Source of the DNA: Leucoraja ocellata
Taxonomy: Eukaryota
NCBI GenBank assembly: GCA_036785375.1
Contig: JAWMAR010000243.1
Coordinates: 2,666,001 to 2,730,000 of the forward strand
Direction of reading: 5' to 3'
DNA length: 64,000 nucleotides
Shown here: one piece after another, positions 25,688-38,571 of the stretch
Layout: each line of letters opens with the position of its first letter
Position numbering within the stretch: the stretch's first letter is position 1
Made by a program: the position numbers and the translations under genes
The notes under the pieces: generated by a model
Database searches by the model: none
Told to the model about the DNA's origin: nothing
Seen by the model: the letters and a program-made list of their open reading frames with translations, nothing else

Positions 25688-25816
25688 GCTCGGCAGCAAG
25701 CCCATACCCGACACCAGATGGCTTCAGATAGCAAGGCAGAATATTGCAGCATTCTGCAAAACTTCAACAAGGAACAGCATGAACATTATTATACAAACAT
25801 ACCAAATATTTTCCAG
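25688..25816 (+). CDS. FNBP1: FNBP1 coding exon (~exon 7), [43 protein letters not shown]
   Basis: gcAG acceptor, GTAAGC donor, 129 nt, phase 0/0; read by hand (this + frame is not in the ORF track); matches FNBP1 ARQQA...IPNIFQ. Confidence 0.96.
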
Positions 25817-27542
25817 GTAAGCTGAAATCATGTTACTTTAGCCTATGTAAGGTTATAATATAGCACATAGAAGAGTAGGCCCAGGAACAGTCCTTTCAGC
25901 CCTCAACACCTGTGCGAGCATGCTTACAAGCTAATACTAATCTCCTCAGCCTGTACGTGATCCACATTCCCTTATTCCCTACATATACCCATGTGTCATA
26001 TCAAAAAACCTTTAAAATGCCATATTGTACCTGCCTCCATCAACACACCTGGCAGCGTGTTCCAGCGACCCTCAACTCTGTGTTTGTGGGTAAATAAAAC
26101 TTGCCCTGCACATCTCCTTTACACTTGGCCTCACTCACCGTAAAGCTATGCCCTCTAGTAATGTCGTTAGTTATTAGCAGGTGTTGCTAATGGGGGGGGG
26201 GGGGGGGGGTCAGTGCATCAACTGTTTGGTGTTGGAACATATTTCACCCTAGTGGAATTGCAAAGCAATGGTTAATGTGTTAATTTACTGTGTAGTCCCA
26301 GTGGATTTAGCTGTTGGATCATTACGTACAACTCCCTACTGCTTTGCTCACTCTTATTTACGGCCCCCTACCAATACATTTCCCATCGTGGTTTCAGTGA
26401 GATGCTACCACCAGACGCATCTTCCCTTCCATTCCCCTTCCAGCATTCCAAGGGGACAATTTATTCTGTGACTCCCTAGTTCTCCTCACCACCAACAACT
26501 GATTCCTTCTCAAGACACCCCACACAAAACTATGAGGGACGCAACATTCTTTCCTTTTCCATGTTTCTTCCCTCACCTCATCCAGGAATCCACACTCCGA
26601 ACAAGCGCAGCAGCAATTCACTTGAATTCCTTCCAATTTAGCATATGACAACTCAGTGCTCACAAGGTGGTCTTCTCGACACTGGAGGAACCACTCCCAG
26701 ATTAGTTGACTGCTTTCAGAACACGTCCACACTGACCCAAGCCTGGCTCTCTGCTTCGAGATGTCTGTCACTCTAATTCTCTATCCCACGAATATTCTGA
26801 CTTTGCTGTCTTCAACAGCTGACAGTGTTGTATCCAAGTCCCAATGTCTGGGCTTGCTGCAGGTTTTGGACTCGACATTGGTTTTAACAACATCAGATAA
26901 CCAGCCATAGAGTCAACTAATTGGCCTATCTCGTCCATGACAACCCAAGACGCCCCATCTAAGCTTGTTGCATTTACGTGTGTTTGGCCCATGTACCTCT
27001 AAACTTTTCCTATCCAAATATCTGTCCATGTGGGTTTTAAATACCTGCCTCAAGTACCTCCTCTGGCAGCTCATTCCATATACCCACTACCCTCTGCGTG
27101 AAAAAGTTGCCCCTTGGGTTTTTATTCAATCTTTCCTCTCTCCCTTCAAACCTGTCTTCTAGTTCTTGATTCCTCTACACTGGGGAAAAAGACTATGTGC
27201 TTTCACCCTATCTATTGAATAGAGGTTGAATATTCTTGAGGTGCTTTCAAAAATGACCAGCAAGTTGCTGCATTGCATTTTGTTTGTGTATTGGGATCTT
27301 TGACAACTACAAATCAGGAACTCGGATTCATCCTCAATATTTAAAAATGGTTGAATCTTCATTCTGATGTTTTAAGTTTAATTCAGGCCGAATGCTCTCT
27401 GCCAATCATTATCTAGGTAATTAAACAGGGGCCAAAACACAAATGATTTGGGCTCTTCCTAGAGGTTCTCCGCAGTTTTAACTCCCAGCCTCAAAAACAC
27501 AGGTTATTCATTGGTATCAAATGTGAATTAATATTGTTTCAG

Positions 27543-27689
27543 AAAATTCAAGAACTGGATGAGAGAAGAATAGTTAGAATTGGTGATTCGATGAAGACCT
27601 TCTCTGAGGTTGACAGAAAGGTTATTCCTATCATTGGGAAGTGTCTTGATGAAATCACCAAGGCAGCTGAATCTATTGATGAAAAGCAG
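27543..27689 (+). CDS. FNBP1: FNBP1 coding exon (~exon 8), [49 protein letters not shown]
   Basis: tttcAG acceptor, GTGAGT donor, 147 nt; [10 protein letters not shown] motif of FNBP1/CIP4 F-BAR. Confidence 0.97.
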
Positions 27690-28511
27690 GTGAGTCATGG
27701 GACAATGAACACAATATTTAGAGTCATAGATAAAGTCAGAGTTAAAGAAGTTAAAGTCATAGAATTAATTTTGATTTAATTTTCTTAACTTTGCAAACAT
27801 TGATTTTATCTTGGGTTATTTGATGCTGTAGCGCATTACTTTTCTGCAGTACAATTAACTTTATCAAGAAAAGTAATCATAAATAAATAAATACAGAATA
27901 AATAAACCCAGAATTGTAACGTTGGCAAAGACTTGGAGAGATGATGAGAATTTGAGAGAATTACAAATGGCAATAATATAGATTAGTGTAAATGTGTTGT
28001 TGATGATCAACACAGACTTGGTGGGCCGAAGGGCCTGTTTTGTGCTGCGTGTGTCCATGACTAACCCCGAGTAACTTCCACCTTGAGAGTAACATAAATA
28101 GTTATACTGACTCCAGACTTTAATGTTAGGGCATTTTTATTTTCTACACAGTGTGGTTAACCAAGTACAAGATAGTGTTGACCTATTTGCAAACACCACT
28201 CCATGGTTCTTTGTACATGACCGTCAACTGCTCTGTTACATTGCTGGTGGTGTGGTTCAAACGTACTGACCAGTTGCAGAATCATCCACATATTGGCTTC
28301 TGCAGATCTATAAATTGCCGAACAAGTAAAGAATTTTGTACTTGTACTTTTGTACAGAGGCAGAACAGTTGACAGTTCATACAGCTCTTTTTGCTGGACA
28401 TTAAAATCTTGTGCTGAATCAGTCGGGCCTATGTAGTTGATGTTGTATGGAGACTAGTTTTCAAAAATCTTTGCTTTAAGATTTAATAGATGTAAGATGC
28501 AATAATGGAGA

Positions 28512-28723
28512 CATAAGAAACTGCAGATGCTGGAATCTTAAGCAAAACACAAAATGCTGGAGAAACTCAGCGGGTCAGGCGACATCTGTAACGGGTAATG
28601 GACAAACTAAGGTTTAGGTAGGGACCTTTCATTTGTCTGAATTGGCGTGCACAAGGGTCCCAACCTTAAATATCTTATGTCCATTCTCTCCACAAATGTT
28701 GCCTAAACCGCTGAGTTCCTCCA
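28512..28723. mobile_element. Penelope-like terminal repeat, inverted pair (diverged)
   Basis: gaaactgcagatgctgg..ctcagcgggtcaggc and complementary ..ccgctgagttcctccag. Confidence 0.65.
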
Positions 28724-29099
28724 GTCAGGTTTAATAACTCACATTGCTGGAAAAACATCTGTGAGAAATGGACATGTTAAGGTTTGAGTGTTGGCCTTTT
28801 AAAAGTGGGGTATCAAAACGGGTGTTTTAAACCTGTCAAAACAAGGAAAGAGTTGAAATATGCATGAACATTTATCCAAAAGCATTGCCCTATCTTCAGT
28901 TTTGTACAATGTGATTTGAATTTAGTCACGTATTGTGGAAACATTTTGAGATAATTATAGGTCAACCACATGCAGACAAGATGAAAACCTCACATTTACC
29001 AACAACTGCAGCCTCGTGGCCTAGTTTGTCAGGAATGTTTCTTTCCCATTGCCACCGTGACCTTCCATCTTACAGTATTGAAACCAAGTACCCACCAAA

Positions 29100-29270
29100 G
29101 GTTCATTGGTATCATTTAAAAATAAATTGGATAGGCATATGGATGAGAAGGGAATGGAGGGTTATGGTATGAGTGCAGGCAGGTGGGACTAAGGGGAAAA
29201 AAAAAAGTTGTTTGGCACGGACTAGTAGGGCCGAGATGGCCTGTTTCCGTGCTGTAATTGTTATATGGTT
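29100..29270 (+). mobile_element. Young CR1 3' end
   Basis: Nearly identical to 50897-51065; ends in gttatatg-type tail. Confidence 0.8.
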
Positions 29271-31339
29271 ATAAGTGTAGATGTTAACAACATTTACTTA
29301 TTTTGGACACTTTACAGTCTTTTGGTCTGAACAATGAATTTAATAATCAAGATTTTTCAAATCTGTCTTAATTCCATGCTTGGCCTTCAGTTTTGTTTTC
29401 CACACTTTATTTTGTATTTATTTTCTTGGCCTTTGTTGACACAAGTGCAGCCTGTGAGTGGTGTGTTTTTCCATCAAGTTTATTCCCATTGATTTAATAT
29501 TAATTGTTGCTTAAATATTACAATATTATATGGAATTAAGTTGTGCACAACTCAAAAAATTGGTGAATATGACGATTTTTGCTCCAAAGGTTTCCCACCC
29601 CTCATCTTCCCTTATCATATTTTGCATTTCCTTTCTCCCTTGTCTACTCATCCAGTTTCTCCTTAAATGAGCCCAAGCTATTTGCTTCAAATACTTTTCA
29701 AAAAGGCGAATTCTCTATTCTGTAGAAAATGCTAGATAGACTCAAGCAACATCTGAGGACAAGGAAATTGTTAACATTCAAAGAAGTCAAGAATATTAGT
29801 TATCTATTGTACTGAAAACTGAACAATGCAATTCTTCATTGATGTAGCTAACAGGCCCAAAAATGCAATAGCACATGTATCAATATACAATAATCAATAA
29901 TACAACAGCTTAATAACAATAATACTCTGAACCATAACAATGTAAAACTGAAGTCTGCAGTGAAACCAGACACAGTCCATAGAAGATCATAGTTGCTGGG
30001 GTTAGTGTTGTGTTGTGTAGTGTTCAAGAACCTGTTCTTGAACCTGGTGGTCATAGTTTTCAGACTCCTATACGATCTTCCTGGTGTTAGTGGTGAGATG
30101 AGAGTGTGCCTGGGTGGCATGGGTCTTTGGTATTGTCTGCTTTTTAGTGGCTGTTTTTTTGAGAAGCAGGTTTGTTTAAAATTGCAGAGGAGATGGCGGA
30201 AGGGCATGAATGAAACAACAGACAGGAGTTTGGGTGAGATTGGATGACCTCGTGTGGCAATTAATGAGCAGATAAAATCAGATTGAGTTGGTTTGTGTAA
30301 CGTGAAGCTGTGGGATGTGTTCTGTGGCCCAAATTGCGCTAAACAGAAAAAGGAAAACTGAGCCAAAATGATGGCAGGCAAAACGACCAGTTCATGCACG
30401 AAACAGTATGAGAGAGTGAGACTTCGATCCTGAGACACATAGCTGTCCCAATGGAAGATGAGATGTTGATCCTCTGGCTTGGGCTGGCTTCAGCTGTTTT
30501 GTTTCTGGCAATGATGGAACTCCAGAAAAATAAATAAATATTTTTTTCGTTTTGAAAGAAAATTTTTATGAAGGTCGTGTTTAATTATTGACAAAATGTC
30601 AGTTTTTAATTTGTCTTCTGAAAGTGTATTTTGAATCAATCAGTGCTCGGCAGAACCTACATTTCAAGTTTTTAATAATGTGAATACCCTGTAGTTCCAC
30701 TGAGAAGTGACTGCTCATTTAAGACAGTCGTTGTTTGGTGATTCACCAGTATTCCACTAGACAAAAATCTTATGACTTGCAAAATGTATTTGTGTCCTGA
30801 AAGCTGTAAAACAATCCTATCATGGGAGCAGTTAAGTGGGTTCCTAACCTAATTTGTGGCCAAATTAGTTTCAGTGCTGATGTCTTTGGAAATAGGATTT
30901 AAAAGAGAATTAAGGCGGGCGTGGATCAATATGAGACGGTTGTTTGGATCATTCTTTCCGTTCTTTATGGGACTGAGGTTGGATGTGCTCAGGGTAAAAC
31001 TCGGCTTTCACTCCTCCTCGGTACGTTTTGCTTATTGGTCAGTTGTCTGATCTCACACAGGGGAAAACAGGCGTGGGATACTGGGGGTTCACTGAACAGC
31101 AAATAACACAGAACACAGAACAAACAGTACAGCACAGAAACAGGCCCTTTGGCCCACAATGTCCATGACGAACATGGCACCAGATTAAACTAATCCCCTC
31201 TGCCTGGACATGATCCATTTCTTCCATATCCGAGTGCCCATCTAAAAGTCCCTTAAATGCCACTATCATATCTATCTCTACCATCCCAGGCAGCGGGATA
31301 CAGGCACCAACCGTTGTGTTAAAAAAAACTTGCCTCTTG

Positions 31340-31592
31340 TCTTTTACACAGAGAGTGGTGAATCTCTAGAATTCTCTGCCACAGAATGTAGTTGAGGCCA
31401 GTTCATTGGCTATATTTAAGAGGGAGTTAGATGTGGCCCTTGTGGCTAAAGGGATCAGGGGGTATGGAGTGAAGGCAGGTACAGGATACTGAGTTGGATG
31501 ATCAGCCATGATCATATTAAATGGCAGTGCAGGCTCGAAGGGCCGAATGGCCTACTCCTGCACCTATTTTCTCTGCTTCTATGTTTCTATGT
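31340..31592 (+). mobile_element. CR1 3' end, (TTCTATGT)n-tailed subfamily; minus-strand relatives at 23408-23537, 55027-55192, 61008-61150
   Basis: FTQRVVNL.NSLP remnant, gaagggccgaatggcctactcctgcacct and octamer-repeat tail. Confidence 0.8.
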
Positions 31593-33374
31593 TAAGAATC
31601 ACTTTCCCCTCTCTGGCCCCATGCATCAATATTATTTCTAGCACTAGGGACTTTTAAGTGAACCTGCTTGGGGATCTCTGGTATATGAATCAAAGTATGC
31701 AATACCAGAGTCTGAAGAAGGGCCCCAAACTGAACACTCGCTTATCCACGTTCTCCAAGGATGCTGCCCGACCTGCTGAATTACTCCAGTGTTTTGTGTC
31801 TTTCTTTCGTAAGCCAGCATCTACACTTACTTGTTTCTATACAACACAACATACATTTTATTATTGTGGCATTAAATGCAGAAATCCAGTTCTGTTTCCC
31901 CTTTGTTCTCGGGTTGTTCCTGAAACTTTTCTGTACTTTAATTTATCTTTATGTTGAATCAGATTACCATCCCCCAATAATAATTTAAATACGTGCCTGA
32001 GTACAAAAATGCTTTCAAAGCCATTATCAGGTTGTAATTTCCTGTTGATTAAGTCCTGTGCATTGCTGATATGTTGGCTCGTTAGTTAGGAGCTGATATG
32101 TTGGCTCGTTAGTTAGGAAAACAGAGGTGATGTTTCAGATTTATGGGGAAGCAGCAAAGCCTGGATGTCGGAGCTTTGCGTTGGATCGTGCTCCATGAAT
32201 CCAGTTGAGTTCAAGGCAAATAGAACAGACCACAGTTAGCAACCAGTCCACAGTCACCAGATCACGAGGCTCCACCTCCAGCTTGCAGTTGTGATTTATT
32301 TTGCTAACTTGCTGCCATCAGACGACTTTTAATTTTTATTACCTCTTAAAACTGTGAAAATGGATTTCAAACAAAATATTAACCATGTGTTGGGAACCAC
32401 CTTTATGTCCTGGAAATTAATTAAAAAACATGAAAATAAAATCACTTTCCCACATTGACCTTTTCAATCCAGGTCATTGCAAGTCAAGTTGAGTTTATTG
32501 GCATGTCCACAAGTACAGAGAGGTACATGTTCGATGGACACCCTGCAGCATCATCCGAGGCACATACGTTTCCACAAAAAAACAAATACATGAAATGCAC
32601 TCTTGGAGAGTCTCTTGGTGTTTCTTCACTCGGGTGGTTGCACATTTTAGCAATTCTCAACCCTATTTGCGAGACCAAAATGGTTAGAAATCCAACCGTG
32701 AACTTAATAACCCTCCAAGCTTGAATATCCGAGCAGCTTTACACGTCCCCGTAGTCCATTCCTTCAAATTTACAATCCCACACCTTCCCATCTTCCTTGT
32801 TGACATTGTCTAATTTTCCTACCTATGGGCCAATGAGGATGGATGTGATGCCAAACTGCCACCTAGCCTCGTCTCCTCTGTTGATTGTTCGTGCAATCTT
32901 TAGGGGACTGCGTCACTGCTATATTTAGATTTTCTGTGAGATCCTTGTATTGTAGCAGATGGTTCCCCTTCAGTTTGTTTATGAGTTCATCTAAGTAACT
33001 GTTGTGGCCTCTGACTTCTTCATCCAGAGGCAAGGCTGAGCTGCTCCAGATGTTGTTTCACTATCTGTTCCAACCATGTAGTTAGACACGTGTGTTTTCT
33101 TCAAAAAAAACTCTGTATTTTCTCATTGATGCCTAAAGTACAGATAGTAAAATACATTTTGGGTGTAACTAAATTCTCAAAACAAAAGACTCAATTTGCT
33201 GTAATAATAAAGAATCCAAAAATAGTTGGGTGTTTTATTTTTAAATTTTATCTGCTAGTCCTGTTTCTCGTGGGGATTAGTGCTGGGGTATCTGTTGTTT
33301 GTGATCTATATAATAGACCTATGAAAATGTAGATGAGTTGGGTAGTTGGTTTGCATGCAACACTAAAATTGCTG

Positions 33375-33605
33375 AACACAAAGTGTTGGAGTACTGCAGG
33401 AGTACTCCAGTGGGTCAGGAAGCATCTCTGGAGAACATGGATAGGTGATATTTCGGGTTAGGACCTTTCTTCTGACTGATGGAATCAGAAACTGACCTGA
33501 AACGTCACCTATCCATGTTCTCCCGAGATGCTGCCTGACCTGCAGAGTTACTCCAGCACTTGTGTCTTTTTTTTGTAAATCAGCATGTGCAATTCCTTGT
33601 TTCTA
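33375..33605. mobile_element. Penelope-like terminal repeat, inverted pair
   Basis: gcatctctggagaacatggataggtga / tcacctatccatgttctcccgagatgc arms. Confidence 0.7.
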
Positions 33606-34113
33606 CCAAAAATGTAGGGTTTTCAGAATGTGAAGATGCTGTCAAAGGATTCAGTGGGATATAGATCAGTTACAGACATGGATGGAGAAAGGACAGGTGC
33701 TGTACAATCTGAAAACGTGAGGTGTTGCACCTTGGGAGGTCAAAAGTAAGAGGGAAGAATGCAGCTAATGGCCATACCCTTGGTATATATATATGGGGAT
33801 CTTGGGGTCAAAGGCCATAGCACCCCTGAACGTAGCAACACAAGCAGCCAGGGTAGTAAAGAAGGCATGATGTATGTTTGCTTTCATTGGTTGGGGTATT
33901 GAATCTAAGTTTCAGAATGCCCTGTTGCAGCTTTATAAAACTTTGATTAGGCCTCACTTGGAATAGTGTGTGTAGTTCTGCTTGCCCTATTGTAGCTAAT
34001 TTGTGGAAGATATTTCCCTGAATGCTGCCTGATTAAAGGGTATTAACTTTTAGTAGAGATTATACAAACTTGTATTGTTTTCTTTGGAGCATCAGAGGTT
34101 GAGGTCAGACAAA

Positions 34114-34415
34114 GGCAGTATGTTGGCACAGTAGCAGAGTTGCTGCCTTACAGAGACCTGGGTTCGATCCTGACTATGGGTGCTGCCTGTACGGGGTTTG
34201 TACGTTCTCCCCGTGACCTACGTGGGTTTTCACTGGGATCTCCGGTTTCCTCACTCACTCCGAAGGCGTACGGAATTGTAGGTAATTTGGCTTGGTAAAA
34301 TTGTAAATTATCCCTAATGTTAACTAGATAGTGTTAATGTGCAGGGATCGCTGGTCAGCACAGACTCGGTGGGCCAGAAGGGCCTGTTTCCACACTGTAT
34401 CTCTAAACTGAATTA
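34114..34415 (+). mobile_element. tRNA-derived V-SINE (HE1-like)
   Basis: A-box-like tggcacagtag, B box GGTTCGATCC, central gtttgtacgttctccccgtg..tccggtttcctc domain, CR1-like tail with (ctaaa)n. Confidence 0.85.
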
Positions 34416-35342
34416 AACAAGAGAGAAATATGTAACATTTATGCACTCTTTCTAATTAATGACATCCATGTGTTGAATCCAAAACCACAAAGTAGTTCTG
34501 GTGACCATGTCTAAATGGAGAACGATTTTTGGAAAGTTCTTATAATTGGCCACAGTATTTGGTTCAAATTTATGATCTAATAGAGTCAGGAATTTATTGC
34601 AAACTTTGTGTGCCGCGTAAGGTAAATGACATTGCTTTTATTTGGGCCCATTATCACCAATGCAGAAAAGTCAAACACTGTTCAAGAAGAATTGGTGAGA
34701 GATATTAGTTGACTATATTTAACTGAATTGGCCGGTGAGGAGATTTTGGGACAAAAGGTGATTGGGAATCGTATGATTCACCGTGGATAGTGAACAAAAG
34801 CTGTGACGTTTTCAAGGAGATGTTTACATATTGACATATTCTGTTGTGCTGCAGCAAGTAAGAATTTCATTGTCCCGTCCGGGGGAAATGACAAGTCACT
34901 CTTGACTTGAGATTATGTTATGGAGTGGTGCGGATGAAAGGAAGCAGCAGGGACAAGTTTCAATTGTTCGAGCATCGTGCCCACATGAGAAGGTTTTGCA
35001 CATCTGGTATGCTTGACACTGCGCAGTCTGAAAAGGTGTGGGGTGATCCTAAAGCAACTTGTGTAAATATTCAGATTTTACATCACAATGAGCTCAACAT
35101 TTTGTTTCTTTTACCTCTGCATAACTCTTTGTGATAAAATAAGGTGCACTGCTGCAGAAAATATCACACTAAATCTTGGGTATTATGGGGCTGTGCAGTT
35201 TAAGATAAAATCATGGGTTTTTCAAAGTAAATGCATTCTACTCCATGTGATTGTGAGGTTCCCATGGAAGTTTGGTTAATATTTTGCTTTTGCAACAGAA
35301 AATCCTTGAGAACTGAAAGTGACGGATGCTTCTTAATTCTAG

Positions 35343-35537
35343 GACACACAGTTAGTGATCGAGTCTTTCAAATCTGGGTTTGAGCAGCCAGGAGATGTTG
35401 AATTTGAGGATTTCAGCCAATCCATGAAAAGGACAGTTTCAGAAAGTAGTCTCTCGAACAACAGACCTGATGGCAAACCAGACTCCAAAAGCGGCAAGTC
35501 CAAGGTCAAACTCTGGCCTTTCATCAAGAAAAATAAG
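35343..35537 (+). CDS. FNBP1: FNBP1 coding exon (~exon 9), end of F-BAR and linker, [26 protein letters not shown]...[10 protein letters not shown]
   Basis: ttctAG acceptor, GTAAAA donor, 195 nt, phase 0/0; KSGFExPGDxEFED and LWPFIKKNK are FNBP1 signatures. Confidence 0.97.
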
Positions 35538-36063
35538 GTAAAAGCATTCAGTGTCTAAGTGTGTGAACCTTACAGTAATCATCTCATTTAATAACTCATT
35601 ATTTTGAGTAATTGATTTAATCTTTTATGGCGTTCTTGTGATGGGGTTGGTGGTTTTAATTTGATTGGCCTTCAAATTTACTTCAATTTTTGAAATGTGG
35701 TTCTGTTTATTTGTGCTTGTTGTGGTTTGTTATTACTGATTTTTGGTTTATTTTAAAAAAAAGGCATGAATGTGCATGCACTCAACTAACAAGCTCACTT
35801 TTTTTTTAACATGTTGCAGCAGCATGTATTATTATATTTTTACTACAAGTCCTTTGGCATGTCTATAACTTTATTAAACTGGTTTATTTAGCAATTTTGT
35901 GATGTATTTTCTCAAGGTAGCTATGCCAGCTTATCGTTGTAAAGACTTCTCTTTGAAATTCTGATACATGAATGATCTGGTTTGCAGAATGAACCCATCT
36001 GAAGGAAACATATCTCAAGGAAGGCATTCTGCAAATTAATTTTATCAAACAATGTGATTTGCA

Positions 36064-36762
36064 AATGTACAAATAAAACATAGACCATTATAATTGAATA
36101 ATCTTGAAACCTTAAAACTGGGCATAAACATTCGATTATTTTATTTTAAAGCACCTCACAACTTACTCTGAAGGATTATGCATCGTCTCCATATAGAAAA
36201 TGTTACAATGTGGCACAATACTTACGAACATCTACAGGAGCTCGCTCACTGGGTTACAAGACACCTGGTTATAGGAATCCAATTTTATGCAAATTCACTC
36301 TTTTTTTCAAGGTAGGAATATTAGTTGCAGAAGCAAACATCGTCAGGAGTTATAGAATAGGGCGAGCGGCTAGTTAATTCAAAATCCAGCCACACTTCAA
36401 AATGACAACCATTTGCATGTAGCCACCTTACAGTAATCAAACACACTGTAGGAACATAGGCCACCGGATCACAGCGAGGGTTCACTGCAGTGGTTTGGTT
36501 TGGATACTGACTAGGCAAATCTCTTCTAAGACTTACAAATACCATATCAAATAATGTAACATTCAATCATTTCTTAACACCATTGAAACTAACCAATAGA
36601 TGTGAAACATTTTTTTTCTGGAACTCAGAGGAAGACAATGTACAAATAAAACATAGACCAGTATAATTGAATAATCTTGAAACCTTAAAACTGGGCATAA
36701 ACATTCGATTATTTTATTTTAAAGCACCTCACAACTTACTCTGAAGGATTATGCATCGTCTC
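36064..36762 (+). repeat. Dispersed direct repeat, 126 bp x2 (36064-36189, 36637-36762)
   Basis: Copies differ at a single base by manual comparison (ccaTtata vs ccaGtata). Confidence 0.92.
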
Positions 36763-36913
36763 ATATGATTGAATTGATTAAAGCTATTCAAACTTTTTTT
36801 AAATACTTTTGTTTTCAATAGCAAATACCTTCCTATTTAAAACTCAAAATATATGCAAAGAAACTTAAAACATTGAAATAAATATGTTGGTAATTTTATG
36901 GGGAATTAAGTAA

Positions 36914-37211
36914 TGGGCCTGCCCCACTTACACAACGTTTTCGGCGACTACTGGCACCCGTCATAGGTCGTTACAGGTCGCCGAAAATTTTCAACATGTT
37001 GAAAATCCAGCAGAGACAAGAACAAGGTACAACGCTTTGGGTGACCATACAGGCTTCACCCCTCGACGTGTCGTGTCGTCTCCTCAGTCGTCCAAAGCGC
37101 CTTTCTGGTCGCCGCTGAACTTTCAACATGTTGAAAATTTTTGCCAACCTGCAATGACCTATGACGGGCGGCAGTAGTCGCCGAAAAAGTTGCGTAAGTG
37201 GGAGTGGCCCA
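36914..37211. mobile_element. PIF/Harbinger-type MITE
   Basis: TIR TGGGCCTGCCCCACTTAC / GTAAGTGGGAGTGGCCCA, TAA TSD on both sides, long inverted arms each with TTTCAACATGTTGAAA palindrome. Confidence 0.82.
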
Positions 37212-38571
37212 TAAGTAAACCAGCTTTCTCTCCCTTGATACTCCCCATTTAAAAAAAAATTGTCCTAGCCCAAAAGATTGTCTGTTCATTTTGTCTTGTT
37301 CTTACCCTCTCTCTATTCCTGCTCCCCCCCCCCCCCCCCACTATTCCATCGATCTAAAGAACGGTCCCAATCTAAAATGTCGCCTGCCAATTCCCTCCGC
37401 AGATGCAGTCTGACCCTATGAATTCCACCAACACTTTCTGTTTTGTTTTAGATTACAACGTCTGCGATTTCATGTGATTCTGAATGTAGTCCAGTTATTC
37501 TGTGGGATTTGGGAGCTTCAAGCACCCGGTACTGGCTCAGACCCCGGACTAATGAATGTCACCAACTCGTGTTGCTGGAGCTTCACATCTTACAACCTCA
37601 ACTCAATATACTGTAACTTTCCCCGTGAGTGAGCGCAGATGTTTCAACAAGCATTTGAGGATAATCATATTGATGAGCAATAAGGGAGAGAGATCAAAGG
37701 TTTCAAAGGTAGTTTATTATCACGTACCAATTAAGTTACAGTGATATTCGACTTGCCTTACAGCTGTACTTAAAAAAAAAAGCAACAACACACACAACTA
37801 CATAAAAGTTAACATAAACATCCACCACAGCAGATTCCCCACATTCCTCACTGTGCTGGAAGGCAATAAAGTCCAATATTCTTCCCTCATTATCATAAAT
37901 TATTCTAAAAATAGTGTTGAAAAATGTTCCATGGCCAACTCTTGTTCATGGACAAAGATGTTCCATGGACCAAAGGATTGAACGATCTGGAATTTTTATC
38001 ACATTTATTGGTCATTCTAGACCAAGGTGTGAGTTTTTTTATAAACAGCCACAAAGAGTTTTGACAATAACGTCCATTCAAAATTGTTTGTTACAGCACA
38101 TTTTGGAATTTAAATCAACTGGAATAAAAAATAAATTGAATGTTTTGACTTTAGGTGCGTACCACCAAATTAATAGCTGGTACCTAGAATCTTTGTTGAA
38201 TCGGAATGTCCAGTGAGGCAATCAATTGATTGTTCTCTATCTGTATTTATCAAATATGCATTTAAGCCGTTATATTTTGTATTATACGAGTAAAAAATAT
38301 GTTGGCATATCTACTGAATTATTCTTCAATAGTTAAGATGTGCATGAATCAATGTTTGCATGTGCTTTCTGTCATTATGGTTTCATTTCATTTCCTCCAT
38401 GGATTGTCTTGGATGCATTATTGATCAGCAATTTTTAAAATCTTTTATCAATGTTTTTTTATTTGCAATGCCATGCCTTAATTTGTTTTCATGTGCATTT
38501 GTGGTTCTTATTTCTGTTCGCTTTTTTTCTCTTTTATTTTTCCCCTTTTTACATCCATCTCTTACTTGTAG

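Noticed and set aside
36415-36475. H/ACA snoRNA or miRNA hairpin on minus strand ending in ACA
   Set aside because: No H box or convincing first hairpin, stem too short for a pre-miRNA, no match to a miRNA I recognise.
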